DNA of 64,000 bases from Azolla caroliniana. Taxonomy: Eukaryota; Plantae; Polypodiophyta. The notes under the pieces were generated by a model. It searched no databases. It had not been told where the DNA came from and saw only the letters and a list, made by a program, of their open reading frames with translations. A program made the position numbers and the translations under genes. Shown here piece by piece: positions 1 to 13,372 of the stretch; within the stretch, counting starts at the first letter, position 1, and the number at the start of each line of letters is the position of its first letter. The DNA lies in contig JBHGNT010000011.1 in the NCBI GenBank assembly GCA_043228905.1, forward strand, positions 2,728,001 to 2,792,000, given 5' to 3'.

Positions 1-470
1 CCATCGCCCTTTAAGCAAAGCTTGGACCCACCACACAAGGTAATGGAATATGAAGACCAACAGTGCCTAGGGCTTTTCTTGCTAGAACTTAAGAGACACA
101 TTTGGGCAGTAGCAAGTTGTCATGAATGTAGGCCCTGAACTTGTGAACCACAATCTCACTACCCTTGTCATTGATAGATAAAGGCCATTATCTCCTGCCG
201 TCATAGGTGCTTCCCTTGCTTCAGAGATCTCTACATTCTTGATCGACCAATGCTAGAGATCTTTCAAAGACAAAAATTACAATATATCTGACTCGAGAAT
301 CTTACATGTATAGACAACAAGATTCTTTAGTCATGTCTTATTCTATTTCTATTAATTATTTTCCGTAGTCATATTTATTTAGGTTTGTTGTTCTCAAAGT
401 GTAGACAACATTTTAAGATGTTATATCTTATTTGGTCTCATAGGCCATTCTGGCCTCTTAAAAGATGTTA
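1..470 (+). mobile_element. Degenerate LINE-like 3' fragment, probably intronic
   Basis: Nt ~180-260 are a diverged reverse complement of ~55310-55395, and ~380-470 resemble the reverse complement of ~50515-50610 and ~61320-61400. Those copies lie near a LINE-like C-terminal motif (RTSSHQLQIET, ~51250-51290). Confidence 0.4.
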
Positions 471-1979
471 CTATATCCTTCTTTCTTTCTCTCTCTGTCT
501 CTCCGTATCTCTTTCTATTTTCTCTATTTATCATTTATCATTTTACTATTATTGCTCTTCCCCTTACAAATTGAAGAAAGTCAATCCTCATGGGAATGGA
601 ACCCAATCATCCCCAGATGATGCTCTGTCATCCATAGATGAACCGACCATCTTTGATGAAGCAGGAGAAGGCAACCTCCAAGGAAAAAGTGACCATAATA
701 ATGGAAAATTAGCTACAATATTGGGCCCCGCACAAGCTGAAGCTGAATATATCATCAACATATAGTTTAGCATATCAATTTTCTGATAATAAAGTATATT
801 ATGGAGAAGGAGACTTTGAAACAACACCTGTTGTTCAATGATATGCTATGCATGCGTATGTATCCTGTGTGTCTTGTGACATCTCAATGTTATCAAAGCA
901 TGGTTGGAGATGCTGTTTTTAATCCAAATTTGATCGTCTTATAAGTTGTAAGAATTCGTTATATCTGTGTAAATGGGTGGTATTGAGTAAATGTAACAAT
1001 GTCTAATTGTAACTTTTTAAGTAATCCGATGGAATATCACAGAAGCAATCAATCAACCAATGATTCCATAACAGAAGTACATTTAAGGGATTCTCTTAGT
1101 CCAAAAAAGTATAGATATTGAGTCTATAAATAAGTTTCCTATGCTGCTCGATGCACCTTATTTGCCACTCTAGTAGATATTGCTTCATCGTCCACTGCTA
1201 CTATGGCAGAATGCTTTACACACCCTTTCATGCCATTGTGTGTGCGGCCAAGCTCCCTTTATGGCAGAATTGCCTCAGATTTGGGCCGCTGCCATAGCAG
1301 TAGTCTGCTTCAATTTTAGCTGCTTTCCGTTAGGATTCATATGCTGACAATAGTATAATTACAAGTTGGCCCTATAGGATTCATATGCATGGTGTCTAAT
1401 AAGAACAATGCTTATGGCTAAGAGCCAGGGTTAGGTGTTGCCAACTTTGATGGTGTTATGCAATGTTGAGTACTCTACGATCGGGAAGCATCTTCGGATG
1501 AACTGTAAGTATTTAGGAAAACTATATATATGATACCTATATTGTGATTACTAGTACTAAGTGTGATCCCAACATATTTATTGAAATATCTAGAAGCAGA
1601 CGGATTAAGATTTTGATAAGACGAGGAACGGTGTGGACAAACAAGCACGCATAATGCACACCTTCCTCTCTAGCCCTTCAACTTGGAGAAATAGTTATCC
1701 ATACAGCAATTCTATAATCCATGCAATTCATGGACAATGGCCTCCAAGAATGTGGATCAGAGATGCAAAAATGGTAGATTTTTGCAGAATGGCTTGACGA
1801 GTTTCATAATTTCAGTTTCTACCTGACTTTGTGGAAAATATTTGTTGGCATATCCCTTGTGTACTAGTTTCGATGATCATTCCTATGAGAACTAAAATCT
1901 TTCTGATTTCTCATTGATAGAAATTGAAACTTATTTTTAAATCTTTGACAAAATGTTTTATGCCATGTTGTAACCTAAG

Positions 1980-2930
1980 GAAATAGAAGAGGTTGCAAGC
2001 AAAGTTGCCTTCCTCTCAACACCAAGCTTATACTTCTCTCTCTACAATGCACATCTGAAAGAACAAAGCTTTGTATTTGATGTAAGCTATGTTACTCTCT
2101 GATTCAAATACTTCTCAAACATCTAAGTAACAAATGATGCATTGCCTCGTATTTACTAACATATCAAAGGTAGAAAGAGAAAAGTATTAACAATTATTTA
2201 TTAAAATGTGGAGCTTATATTTTCCAAGTGTTAGATGGTCTCTTAGATGGGGAAATTGCTTAAAAAAGGTAATGCTTATTCCTGATCTTCCAGACCTTGA
2301 TGTCAACAGATTGACACGCAGTGGCATAAACATCCTAATTTTGTAAGATGGGATTTCAACCAATCAAATAGTATACCGGATCACTTGTACCATACATTTG
2401 ACCTTGTTGTAATTGATCCACCTTTTATCACATCAGTGGTGTGGGACAAATATGCTGAAGCCACTGCTTTCCTTCTAGTTCCTGGAGGTGAGTTTCACTG
2501 GCTCTTTTCTCAAAACAGAATTGCACTGTGCCTAATTCCTTCAGAAGCAATCTTATTTGCTCTTTTTCTGGAGTAGAACACCAGAATAACCCCAAAGTTT
2601 CATACATCAGTAGAAAACCCCTTTGATGCAGTTATTCAAAAATGGTATTCTAGTGATGTTTGGAAACTTTGGGGTATTTTGGTGAACTTAAGGCATGTTT
2701 TTTTAGGCTCTATTTAGTGTGATATGTTGAATGTCAGTTTGTTGGTGTCCGCAGGGAAAATCATACTCAGTACAGTGCAAGAAAATGCAGAGTTTCTAAA
2801 ACGCCTTTTGAAGGTTCAACCTCAAGCATTTAAACCATCCATTCCGAATCTTGTTTATCAGTATAACTTTTATACGAATTATGGAAGTAAACATCTGTCG
2901 GTAAATAATCCAGAAATCATAGAAAGCTAA
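1980..2930 (+). CDS. EEF1AKMT1: EEF1A lysine methyltransferase 1 (N6AMT2/Efm5 family), last three exons; 5' part not found in window
   Basis: Exons 1980-2081, 2310-2487 and 2755-2930 join in frame across GT-AG introns: EIEEVASKVAFLSTPSLYFSL...FVFD/IDTQW...FVRWDFNQ...FDLVVIDPPF...KIILSTVQEN...FKPSIPNLVYQYNFYTNY. The DPPF motif, xSTPS segment and C-terminal YTNY match this family. Confidence 0.75.
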
Positions 2931-5009
2931 CATACGCCAATATCTTATAAATATGACATAATTAACAACTAAAATAGGTAGAAGACTAACACAATATAGC
3001 TAGCTTGCATTTAAACCGTTTTCAAAGATTCATCAAACAAACATATAAATGGGGAGTTTATCTTATTGTTAATCAAAACCAAAATTTAGATGGCAACTTA
3101 TCTTTCTCTTTGTACTCACACTAATTTATGAACATTGACTAATGTTAAGTTTGTCTTTCGATAGAGTTTTGCTGTTAATAATGTATAGCGTAATGATCAA
3201 AAACCAATTTATAAATATGGAGGTGTTGAAAAGTCTCATTAGTACTTGTCATCATAGATTGTACTCATTACTATTTGTGAACCATCTAATTTCCATGCAT
3301 ATGATTGATGCATATCTTAGTACATGAATCTTTACACATGCACTTACACATCACAAGCGTTGACTAAGTAGAAATGATTATTGTGGTTATTGGGAAGGAA
3401 CTAGTCTAGTGCTTGGGTTATCGCAAAGAAAGTGCTTGTTCAAGACTAATATATGTAATATAACTCACAAAGAAAGTGAATTCTTAATCAATTTTTTATG
3501 TCTCACAAACATGTGGCTATGGGCTTTGATATTGTGTTAACCCTTTTAGAAAAATCGTGTAGAGATAATAAAATATTTGAAGATTATGTACATATTGGTA
3601 TTGTTTTTTGTGGGCAATGATTAGGATTATTTTTTTGGGTTGTGAGATATCTCCCCATTCTATCATTGCCCAAAGAGATACAAAGGGACTGAAATTTGCA
3701 AGTAACAAGAATAACTATGCAACACGAGAAGTGGAAAGCCTACATCTTCGGTCTTTGATTGTGCATTTTTTGCCTTAAATAACATTGAATCCGCATAGTT
3801 ATTTAAAAAAGGTTTTTACCTTTCCATTTTCATCACCCACACCAAATTCCATTGATGACACATAAGATTCTATGTAATCATTGAACCATAGACAAATAAT
3901 ATGTAGATTTTCCACTTAAATTATTTTGAAGCATTTATGACTACATATTTGAAGTATTTATGACCATACTTGATCTTAAGGTTCCTAGAGGAAGTCATTA
4001 CAAATACAAATATCTCAAACAACATATGATTACTCTTTAATCCTTTGACGTAACTCTATTTGCAAGTAGCAAATTATCTGTTCAAACACGCGAATGAAAA
4101 TTAAGCATAGACATGTGAAAGTAGGTAAAATGAGCCGACATAGATCTTCATTCTTGATCATTAGAGTGATCATCCATAGCTTTGTGTCGATGGAGTTGAA
4201 AGCCAACGACTACCCTTCATCCAACAATGGTCGACCACCCCCTTTATTGAGTCGATGGGCATCTAGGGATTTGTATATATTAATCTCATATGTAAAATTC
4301 TATACCTAATGGAAGGCGTTTTTTAGGAATGGAAAAAAAAAAAGAATCATAAAACTATATGTATCAGAGTAAGCAAAATAGTTAAGAATTATTATATAGA
4401 ACTGTGTTAATATAAGTAAAAACGTTTTTTGCTTCGTCATTACTAAGATTTGAATTTTATGTTAAGAACTACCTCCATACAGTTATGTGGCATCATAAGC
4501 CAAAATCAGGGCAAAGTTTATCCTGTACACAAAGCAAAAGCAATAACATTCATATTGACTACTATCACCTAAAACCAATTGAAACATTGTAGTCAGAGAC
4601 ACATAAAAGGTATCCATGACAACCCAAAAGTTACAGAAAAGCTTATCGTGTTCAATTTACACAGCACTGGAGGAAAGATTATCTTGTTCAGATGGTAAAT
4701 CTTAGTTGCCATTAATCCAGAATTAAATTAGCACTAAACATACATGCTTTCAAAGAAGTGCTTTTTTAAAGAATTCTCTCATTTCTGCTCTTAGTCATCT
4801 CCTACTAAAGACCGTGTTTTGAGAGACTGTTCCCATATTGTCAGAGAGGTCTTTTGGATATCATTTTCATTTTGCTTTTATCAAGCAGCACATGCAATTG
4901 AAAGCGGGTTTTTGGCGATTTTCCTCATTTTGCTTTGGAACAAAGAGTTTCCTTAGGGCTTTTCTCCATTCCTGTTGCAAAAGACACTCTTCTTCAGGGA
5001 GTTCAATCA

Positions 5010-5396
5010 TTATGCATGTTCTGTTTTTGTTCCTGAAGTCGTAGCTATTTCATCAGAGTGTTTCTTCTCTTGATTGTCTGCCTTACGCTTCTGCGCTGCT
5101 TCTTCCTCCATATAGCTCACAAATGATGAAGAAAGGTTTGAATAGAGACCTACCACTTGGGTCATATTGCTATTGAGTTCTTTAATAAGTGCAACATTTC
5201 TTGCAATGTTATTCGGCATCTTCGATTCTTGGTTATGGTTGATTTCTCCTATCAGAAGTTTATTCTCTTGCAATATCTTCTGCACTTCAAAGAAGCTATT
5301 GTTTATTGCCTCCCAAGAATGTGTGGAAATATCCTGAACTTGTTCTCCTCGGTTTTGTTCTTGATTTGTAAGCATAGAGTTTCTTTCTGCTTCCAT
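5010..5396 (-). CDS. ELF4: EARLY FLOWERING 4-like protein (DUF1313/ELF4 domain), 128 aa
   Basis: Single-exon ORF containing SFFEVQKILQENKLLIGEINHNQESKMPNNIARNVALIKELNSNMTQVVGLYSNLSSSF, the ELF4-family signature. Probable 5'UTR intron(s), with minus-strand donor-like sites near 6517 and 6708. Confidence 0.9.
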   Translation of the reverse strand: MEAERNSMLTNQEQNRGEQVQDISTHSWEAINNSFFEVQKILQENKLLIGEINHNQESKMPNNIARNVALIKELNSNMTQVVGLYSNLSSSFVSYMEEEAAQKRKADNQEKKHSDEIATTSGTKTEHA

Positions 5397-6965
5397 TCCC
5401 TACTGAGACAATCCACAGTTTCTCTCTCCACACACACACAATCATAAAATCTCATGATTTCATTCGAAACAAAATTCATTCAAACCATGGAATTGCTTAT
5501 TCCATACATCCTCTCCTGTGTAAATCTATTGCTTTAGATAAACTTTGAGGAACAAGTCACGCAGGTTCTCTATCAATCACAATATGACGATACACAAAAA
5601 TATAAATGACAATGCTTCATGCATAAATCTTCCTTCTCTATCCATTAACCATTTCAAAGATCCATAGCTTTGGACAGAAGTTTAAGTAGAACTCTACTAA
5701 CCTAGATGTTAAGAAACGCTCTTTTCTAAATTTCTAGCAATCACAACTTCCAATAGAGTTCATGCATATGGTTGTCTTCTTACTTAAAAATATATTGTTT
5801 TGCACAAAATTTAAGGCAAAACTCTTTATAGTTGAGTGTAAATGGTCAGGAAATATCCTCTCTTTACATAGAAGAGAAATCTATCAATCAAAAAATCGAT
5901 AACTCCATGGCATCATCATGCACGGGTATTGCATATATAAGGTTGCTTAACAGAACTATCTGTAGTCCGGAGAGAAACAGTATCTAGATTTTAATGCAAT
6001 TACACTGGCACAAGAGCTTCTGATATGAGCAACTGATTCTTGCTGAAACTCAAAGTTATACTGAATAACCTCCTTTTTGTGATTCAATTGAGCAAAAAAG
6101 AGACTAATCTATCAATAACATCCCCACCACCGTTTTTTCTGAACTAACCTTTTTACAGATAAGAGAATGTGAATTTCGCTGTCAGGAGATGACATCTATA
6201 GTCTACCAAAAGTGGTGCTAATAAAGTGAGCAAACCGAGAGAAAATTGTATGGAATGCCATAAAGTGCATCAGTATGTTTGCCAAAGTAGTATGAAATCG
6301 AAGTACTTATAAAAAACAAAATTCCATTGACTTTATGGCTACATTAATTCCTTAATTTCTCCTGATGATACTCTTATTGGAAACACAGCAATTGAGATGA
6401 CGAATTACCTGCTAAAATATCATAACAAAATCATCGAAATGCCAATGGGGAAGGGGGAGCCTAAAACAATCCAAATCGCTACACACACAACACAAGATAC
6501 ATAAACATATCCTCACCTTAGAGTGAAGTAGGATGAATCAAACTTTGGCATCCAAAACGCTACTCATCAGAAGGGTGGGAACATATGAAAGAGGAGCAGG
6601 AGATGGAGAGCAAGGCTGTTGCTTGCTTTTCCAAAGGCCTAATGCAAACGCATCTGAGAAAGAGGTGAGCTTAGAAGAAGAAAGAAGAAGGAAGAAGGGA
6701 GATTATACCTTTGAAAACGTGCAGAGACAGAGAAGAAGGAAGGAAGGAAGCTTACAGGTGGGATTTGCAGAGGCAGGGATGAACAAAGACAGAGCAGAGC
6801 AGGAGAAGGCCGTGTGTGACTCTGTTCTTCTTTTTTTTAACTTTCTTTTCTCTTTGTCCGTCAAGTCTAACGGAGCCGTTAAATCAGACGGCGCTGGGGT
6901 TGTTCGGGGCCGGATCAATTAAGGCGCACACTTTCTTGTGCCCACGAATCTCCTTTGAATTTCCA

Positions 6966-7025
6966 TATGTATGTATGTATGTATGTATGTATATATATAT
7001 GTATGTATATATGTATGTATGTATG
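6966..7025. repeat. (TATG)n/(TA)n microsatellite
   Basis: Directly visible; abuts the left end of Mutator-like element A. Confidence 0.95.
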
Positions 7026-10000
7026 GCTCGTGTCTAACTACTACCAAATATTAAAGAGAGCAAGTGAGGGAATCGCGGGCGCGGACGGTGCAAGTCGCTC
7101 AGCTGATGGCGCGTGCGATCTCCACCGTCCAATCTGGATAAAAAGCTGACAACATCTGTCATTAGGAGCCCGACTCTTTGACAACCTCTGCCACCAGGAG
7201 CCCAACTCTGTCATAAGGAGCCCCGCTATCTGACAGCCTCTTTCACTAGGAGCCCGACTCTGTCAAAAGGAGCCCCGTTGTCTGACAGCCTCGGTCACCA
7301 GGAGCCCGACTCTGTCAAAAGGAGCCCCGTTGTCTGACAGCCTCGGTCACCAGGAGCCCGACTCTGTCAAAAGGAGCCCCGTTGTCTGACAGCCTCTGTC
7401 ACCAGGAGCTCGACTCTGTCAAAAGGAGCCCCGCTGTCTGACAGCCTCTGTCACTAGGAGCCTGACTCTCAAAAAAGTAAAAATAATAAAGAATAATATA
7501 TTAATATAATAAAATAAAAATGAATAGGGTGTTGGTTAGAGTTATCCTTAAGTTTTGCTAGGTTTATGGTTCAAATCCTTCTTCTTTTTAATTCTTTCTC
7601 TTTGGTTTTTTTTCTTCTTCGATTACTTTCTTTATTAGGGTTTCAACATTTGGTTAGTCATTTTACACTTCATTTACATTTAAGGGTCGTAATAGTGGTA
7701 TTGAATTGTCGTCTTTACAAGTTACAACGTGATGAATTCTTGTCTTTTGCAATTGTAGATCTTTTACCATATGATCCTTCTAATCCGCATCCTGCCCTTA
7801 ACACTTTTGTTTAAGTAAAATTAGCTCTTACCATTTGGGCTATGTTGATTGTCACTTTAATATGCAACTCACTCATGTTCCAAGTTAAGTTAACTCTCGT
7901 AATTTGGGCTTTTTCTTGATTCTTTGACTTTATACCATGGAATACTCTACCTATGGATCATGAGCCAAAACAAGAAGAAATGACACAATGACACATTCAC
8001 ATTTTCAAACTCATTCGTTCACTCTATTCACAATAGTATGCAACTCACTCATGTTCCATGTAAAGTTAGCTATCATAATTTGGGCATTTTCTTGGTTCTT
8101 TGACTTTCTACCATGGAATACTACTACCTATGGATCATCAATCAACACAAGAATAGATTCTATTATACTCCATTCTCTCTTAACATTACTCAACTACAAT
8201 ATCTCATGATAATAGGACACGTTTAGCATGTATTGAACTCATATGTTAGTATTCTTGTAGGATTGTCTATAAGATTGAATTGTGACCCTTTTTTAGCATT
8301 GAATAGAAAATCCTTGGTTTAACACACCCAAGATCCATACAGTAAATTAATGGTTATTCATATAAGAACATTGAGATATTACCATGATGGCCTTTTCAGT
8401 GCAGCTACATGTATAATGTAACAAAGTTGTGATTTATGTTCGCTTCACAAAGAAATATAACAATGTGAGAAAAAATGAGCAAAAAGGTGTCATATAAAGA
8501 TGCCCCAATATGTAGTTTTAGTTCATAGATACAAACTTGTGTAAAAAAAATATACACAGAACAGAATGATTTTTGAGGATTTCAAACAGAATTTTCAACA
8601 TTAACCCTTATTTGAAACTTGAAACGTAATGTCATTGGAGATCTAGTGACATTTTTTATGCATAGAGATTGATAACATGTGAGACTATATTAACAGTATG
8701 TATCATGGACTAAGTATAATAAAGTGATAATCAAATAGAAGGCTTAATCCGATATCTCAAACTCAAGATCTTACTCAATTTAATGTTTAATAAAGACAAA
8801 TATATGAAGGCACAAGTTATTGGACTTTCCTATCAAAGAACACCAAATAGAACTATAAAACAGATCTAACTCCACATTGAGTCAGATACAACCAAAATGA
8901 GATTCAAATATTGATTTTGATATTACAAAATCCATATACATCATCATCAGTTTTAGTTATACAAAAGTAGATCATCACCCTCAGAGTAGATCATAAGTAA
9001 ATCCATTGGCATAAGAGTGTATCATAAGTAAATCCATTGCATTACTCATGTTGTCAATTAATCATATCCTCTAAACAAAATCCATTGCATACAAAAACCG
9101 AAAAATCAAAACTTCATCCTCTGAACAGAATCAAAACTCATCATCATGTATATAAACAATTTCATATAAACAAGCTTTACATCCATGTTACAAATAAGAG
9201 GCAAGAAGAAGATACACAAGACGTATAGATGCCATATTACAAAATCAACCATTTACAACAGGCCACGATCATTCAAGTTGCCTTGGTTACAATATGCAAA
9301 AAAGGTTGGTAGCCTTGGTTCCAACGTACTAAAAATATTTACAACATTGTTACAAAAAATTGATACAAAAAAGCTTGATAATACACTGATATCATATATT
9401 TTATGTTACGAAGTATAACATTTCCTCCGGTTAATATATGGGAAAGCCCAAAATCCGGCATGCCCATTTTGCCAACGTTTTCGAAGGAGCTCCACATCTT
9501 CGAATCTGAACCATTGCTCCTTACCCTACACCAATGCACACATTTGTTGCAGCTCTTACATATAGCAAATGCCATTATTCAATACTTGGGCCATACTTAC
9601 AAAATCTGTTGAATCGGATCCAAATCACCCAATGTCTTCCAGCTGACCGTCGGTGAATTATTCAATGGGTCACAGTAGACTATTGGGCTCCTCCTCAACA
9701 TTTCTTCATATTGATGCTGAAATTATAACAATGCATTTATATGATACATTTGAAAAATGGAAACAACTAAGTCTCTCACCATGTTAGAATATGGAACCAT
9801 GTGATCAAATGTAAATGAAAAGAAACCCTAAACGATGTAAAACATAAAAGTAGCCATGAAAATACATACCTATTATTGCCTTCATTTTGCAGATCGAATG
9901 TAGGTGGTTGGGAAGTGCTTGCTGGCAGAAAGTGGTGCTCCTCTCAAATTCTGGCGGAAAGTGTTGTGCCTCTCCGATTTTGGTGGAAAGTGGTGCTCCT

Positions 10001-10372
10001 CTCTGATTCTTCCCTCCAAATACCCTAAAACTCTCTTTTCAAAATAGGTTCAAAATGAGTGATTCAAGGTTTTTATAATAAGTGCTCATTAATAATGAGC
10101 GGGGCTCCTTTTGACAGAGTCGGGCTCCTGGTGACAGAGGTTGTCAGGCAACAGGGCTCCCTTTGATAGAGTCGGGCTCCTAGTTACAAAGGTTGTCAGA
10201 CAGTGGGGCTCCTAGTCGGGCTCCCCAATAAGTGACGATTTCTCCGCGTGTTTTTTTTCCCCACATCGGACAGTGCAAATCGCATGTGCCCTCGGCTGAG
10301 CGACCTGCATCGTCCCTCTCTGTGATTCCCTCACTTGCCCTCTTCAATTTTTGGTGGTATTTAGACACCACG
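7026..10372 (-). mobile_element. Non-autonomous Mutator-like TIR element A with decayed ULP1-like gene remnant
   Basis: Imperfect ~120-bp TIRs (GCTCGTGTCTAACTACTACCAAAT... / ...ATTTTTGGTGGTATTTAGACACCACG) with subterminal GGAGCCC repeats at both ends. Flanks gtatgtatg/atatgtatg fit a 9-bp TSD with one mismatch. A minus-strand remnant near 9250-9300 (CNQGNLNDRGL) resembles the ULP1 QxNxxDCG motif. TIRs are homologous to element C. Confidence 0.8.
7165..7468 (+). repeat. Subterminal 52-bp tandem repeat (AGGAGCCCGACTCTGTCAAAAGGAGCCCCGTTGTCTGACAGCCTCGGTCACC), ~6 units
   Basis: Units start at 7248, 7300 and 7352; inverted copies occur at ~10098-10225. Confidence 0.9.
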
Positions 10373-10412
10373 ATATGTATGCATAATGTATGTATGTATG
10401 TATGTATGTATG

Positions 10413-10920
10413 CGACGCGTGTCTAACTACTACCAAATATTAAAGAGAGCAAGTGAGGGAATCGCGGACAAGGACGGTTATAGGTCGCCCAAATTAGGGT
10501 GCGTGCAATCTGCACCGTCCGATGTGGATAAATAAAAAAAGCGCGCGCTTAAAAGTTCACTTTTTAGGGAGCCCGACCATAGATGAAGCAGGAGCCCCCA
10601 CTAATCCGAGGTAGGAGCCTGATTCCCTAAAGTAGGAGCCCTAGTAGCTCGTCTGATCCGAGGTAGGAGCCCTACTCACTGAAGCAGGAGTCCTAGGAGC
10701 CCGACCCACCGAATGTAGGACCCCTACTCATTATTTTTTGGAGACTATAAAAACTATGACCCCTATTGTTTAAACCTATTTTTCAAACAGGACGCTATGG
10801 TTTTTGGAGGGAAGAATTAGCGAGGAGCACCACATGTTGCCGGGGAGCACCTGCCAACCACCTACATCCGCACTAGATTTGCAAAACTTGTCACAAGAGG
10901 TATATATTTTGATGTTTTAA
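10413..10920 (+). mobile_element. Truncated Mutator-like element B (one end only), inverted relative to element A
   Basis: Starts CGACGCGTGTCTAACTACTACCAAATATTAAAGAGAGCAAGTGAGGGAATCGCGG directly after a (TATG)n tract and carries GGAGCCC repeats. 10720-10900 is a diverged reverse complement of ~9870-10100. No second TIR was found. Confidence 0.7.
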
Positions 10921-13210
10921 TCTTTTTTTGGGCTACAAAAATAGTCCCAATGAAACTTTTTAGGCTTTAGGGTAAATGTTGTTACATTGGGCATCTTTTT
11001 CAGCAACCATTCTTCTCTTCTCATCCCAATAACTTTCTTTGCTAAGTTCATCATGTTAGAATGCCTCGATGATCTATTTTCCTTATCATTGATTGTTGAG
11101 CTATTGATGGAAGTGGACAATTCACTTCTAGTTGCGCTCCCTAACCCAGACTCCAATAATGTTTTTGATGTCTCAAGAAGTGGTGCACTGAGTTCATATG
11201 ATAATGTCATTAGTTTCTCCCCGAGGAGCATCCTTTACTATTGCATCATTGTATGAAACTGCCTTTTTTGATGAAGCATCCTTTACTAATGAATTGTTGT
11301 ATTAAATTGTTTCAGGATGCTTCAATACTGCATCATCACTACATGAAACTCTTCCTGTTGATGGAACATGCCTCAATAATGTCTCATCATTGCATGAAAT
11401 TTGCTTCATTATAGCTACATCGTTTGATGAAGCTGTTGGAGTTCTTATCATAGTTGTATCTTTAACCTCTTCATGAGGCAAGGAGTAGTCAGGTGATGAA
11501 ATGTCTGTCTGTGAACTCCTGCAGGCATATGAAATCATCCATGTAACATAAATACCTTCACAAATTGGCAGCACATACTTGTCTTGAAGAAGAGTCTATA
11601 GTTTTTCATATTCTTGTTAGAAGAGTCTATCAAAACACATTAATATATCTTCATTGGATAATGTATTTGAGTGTATGTGGATCTTATCTTACCTATATGC
11701 ACAACTATAAGTGGATGTTTATGTTCCATCGAGAAAGACTCTTCATTGATTCATTAGCAGTGCATGTATGTTTTTCTTACATGCTAAATTCTAGTTTTAC
11801 CTGAATGCTGAGTGTATTAAATCTATATATGTAAATAGCTTGAGCTAATAGTGTTAATGTATTACTTTCAAGTAGTTACCATAGATTATCAGACTAAATC
11901 ATTCAGTTCTCAACTTGTATTATAAATTTAGATTGAGCTATCAGATCATAGATGTGAACGAATTGCTTTTTTGCAAACGCAATTGAATGTGCGTAAGTCT
12001 TAACCGTTCTGTTCTCGGATCATATCATATATATGTAGCTTGTGCTAGTAATGGATGTCTTGAATAAGTAAGCGTATTACTTTGACCAATTACCATGGAT
12101 GGTAAGGCTAAATTGTTCAATTCTTTTATTGTATTATATGTATAGTTTAGACTGACATGCATGGATTGAAGACTTGCATTACTTTCTCAATTCTTGAACC
12201 TATTTAGGGTTTCGGGCTTGGGGTTTTTCAAAGTACCACGCCTTAAAATAGGCAACGGGACGAACAATGAAACTAATCACAGCACATCCTACCTAAACAT
12301 CGCAAGCTTAAATGATTGGGCATCCTGAAATCACATGCAGAGAAACCAGAAATTTAACAAGACTACTCGATAATTGCTCAGATATGTACTACCCTCAATC
12401 CTAGATCCAACATCTGCGAACTTATATTTTGCTGCTACCATATTAAATTGGCTAGATCTAGGCCGGCAATTATCACAACTAACCCATCGACTCAACAAGC
12501 AAATCCAAACCAACTAAACCTGTACCACCTATCGAAGAGAGTTGAAATCGATCAGACAGCTTTACACAAAGACACCGTAACAAAACGACAGATTTCTGCT
12601 GAAGATCTTCCCAAGGAGGTCTACATAAATGGCCTCCGAAGAACAACAATCCAATACAAAACATATACCTATTCAGGCCATTTCCACGCTCTGAGAAATC
12701 TGGGAGATAAAAGAACATGGCGTGGAAGAGAATTCTACTAACAGTCAAATTCTATCAAACGATTCGAAATAGAAGATAAAGAGATCTCTACGCACATGCA
12801 TTGACGCTAGTGTAATTAAAACTTCTCAAATAATAGCACTTAAATCACACCAGAAAATAATAATCGAAGGAGTGTATGGCATATCCAGGCCCTTCTGTTC
12901 AAGACCCAAAGGTTCACAATGAGCAGACAATCGCCATCCTTTAAACGCGTCGATCTATGTGCACATAGTCGTCTGCAAGACATGGGGAAGAAATGATTCA
13001 AGATCAATTCCGGGCGTCTAACAAACCGGCTTAATTGCGCACACCAAGAATCTTCAAAACACATAATCAACAGAGATTGAACCAGAGATTAAATCAGGGA
13101 TTGGAGCAGATATTAAACCCGAGGTAGAAAGAGAAGTCAACAGAGACTGCAAGAGAGACAACGAAATCACCATCGCCATGGTCTGCGTTTTATTTAGTTA
13201 TAGAAAGACG

Positions 13211-13372
13211 AAACCCTAGATTCAAGGCTCTGTTAGTTTCATGGTAGGCCGGACCAAACAAACCCTAGAATCAAATTTCTCTATTAGTTCTGTTTACATA
13301 CTTATTGAAAGACCAAACCCTAGAAACAAATGCTCTGTTACTTTCATACCAGACCGGACCAAACCCTAGAAT
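13211..13372 (+). repeat. Degenerate ~50-bp tandem repeat with four AAACCCTA (telo-box-like) motifs
   Basis: AAACCCTAGA at 13211, 13260, 13315 and 13361. Confidence 0.6.

Noticed and set aside
385-827. ORFs 385-765 (+) and 588-827 (-)
   Set aside because: Low complexity, overlap a repeat fragment, no recognisable domain, and no supported splice link to the downstream methyltransferase exons.
7165-7468. Regular repeats here and at 15439-15680 and 19561-19837 resembling a CRISPR array
   Set aside because: Units are tandem with no unique spacers, lie inside TIR elements, and the context is eukaryotic with no cas genes.
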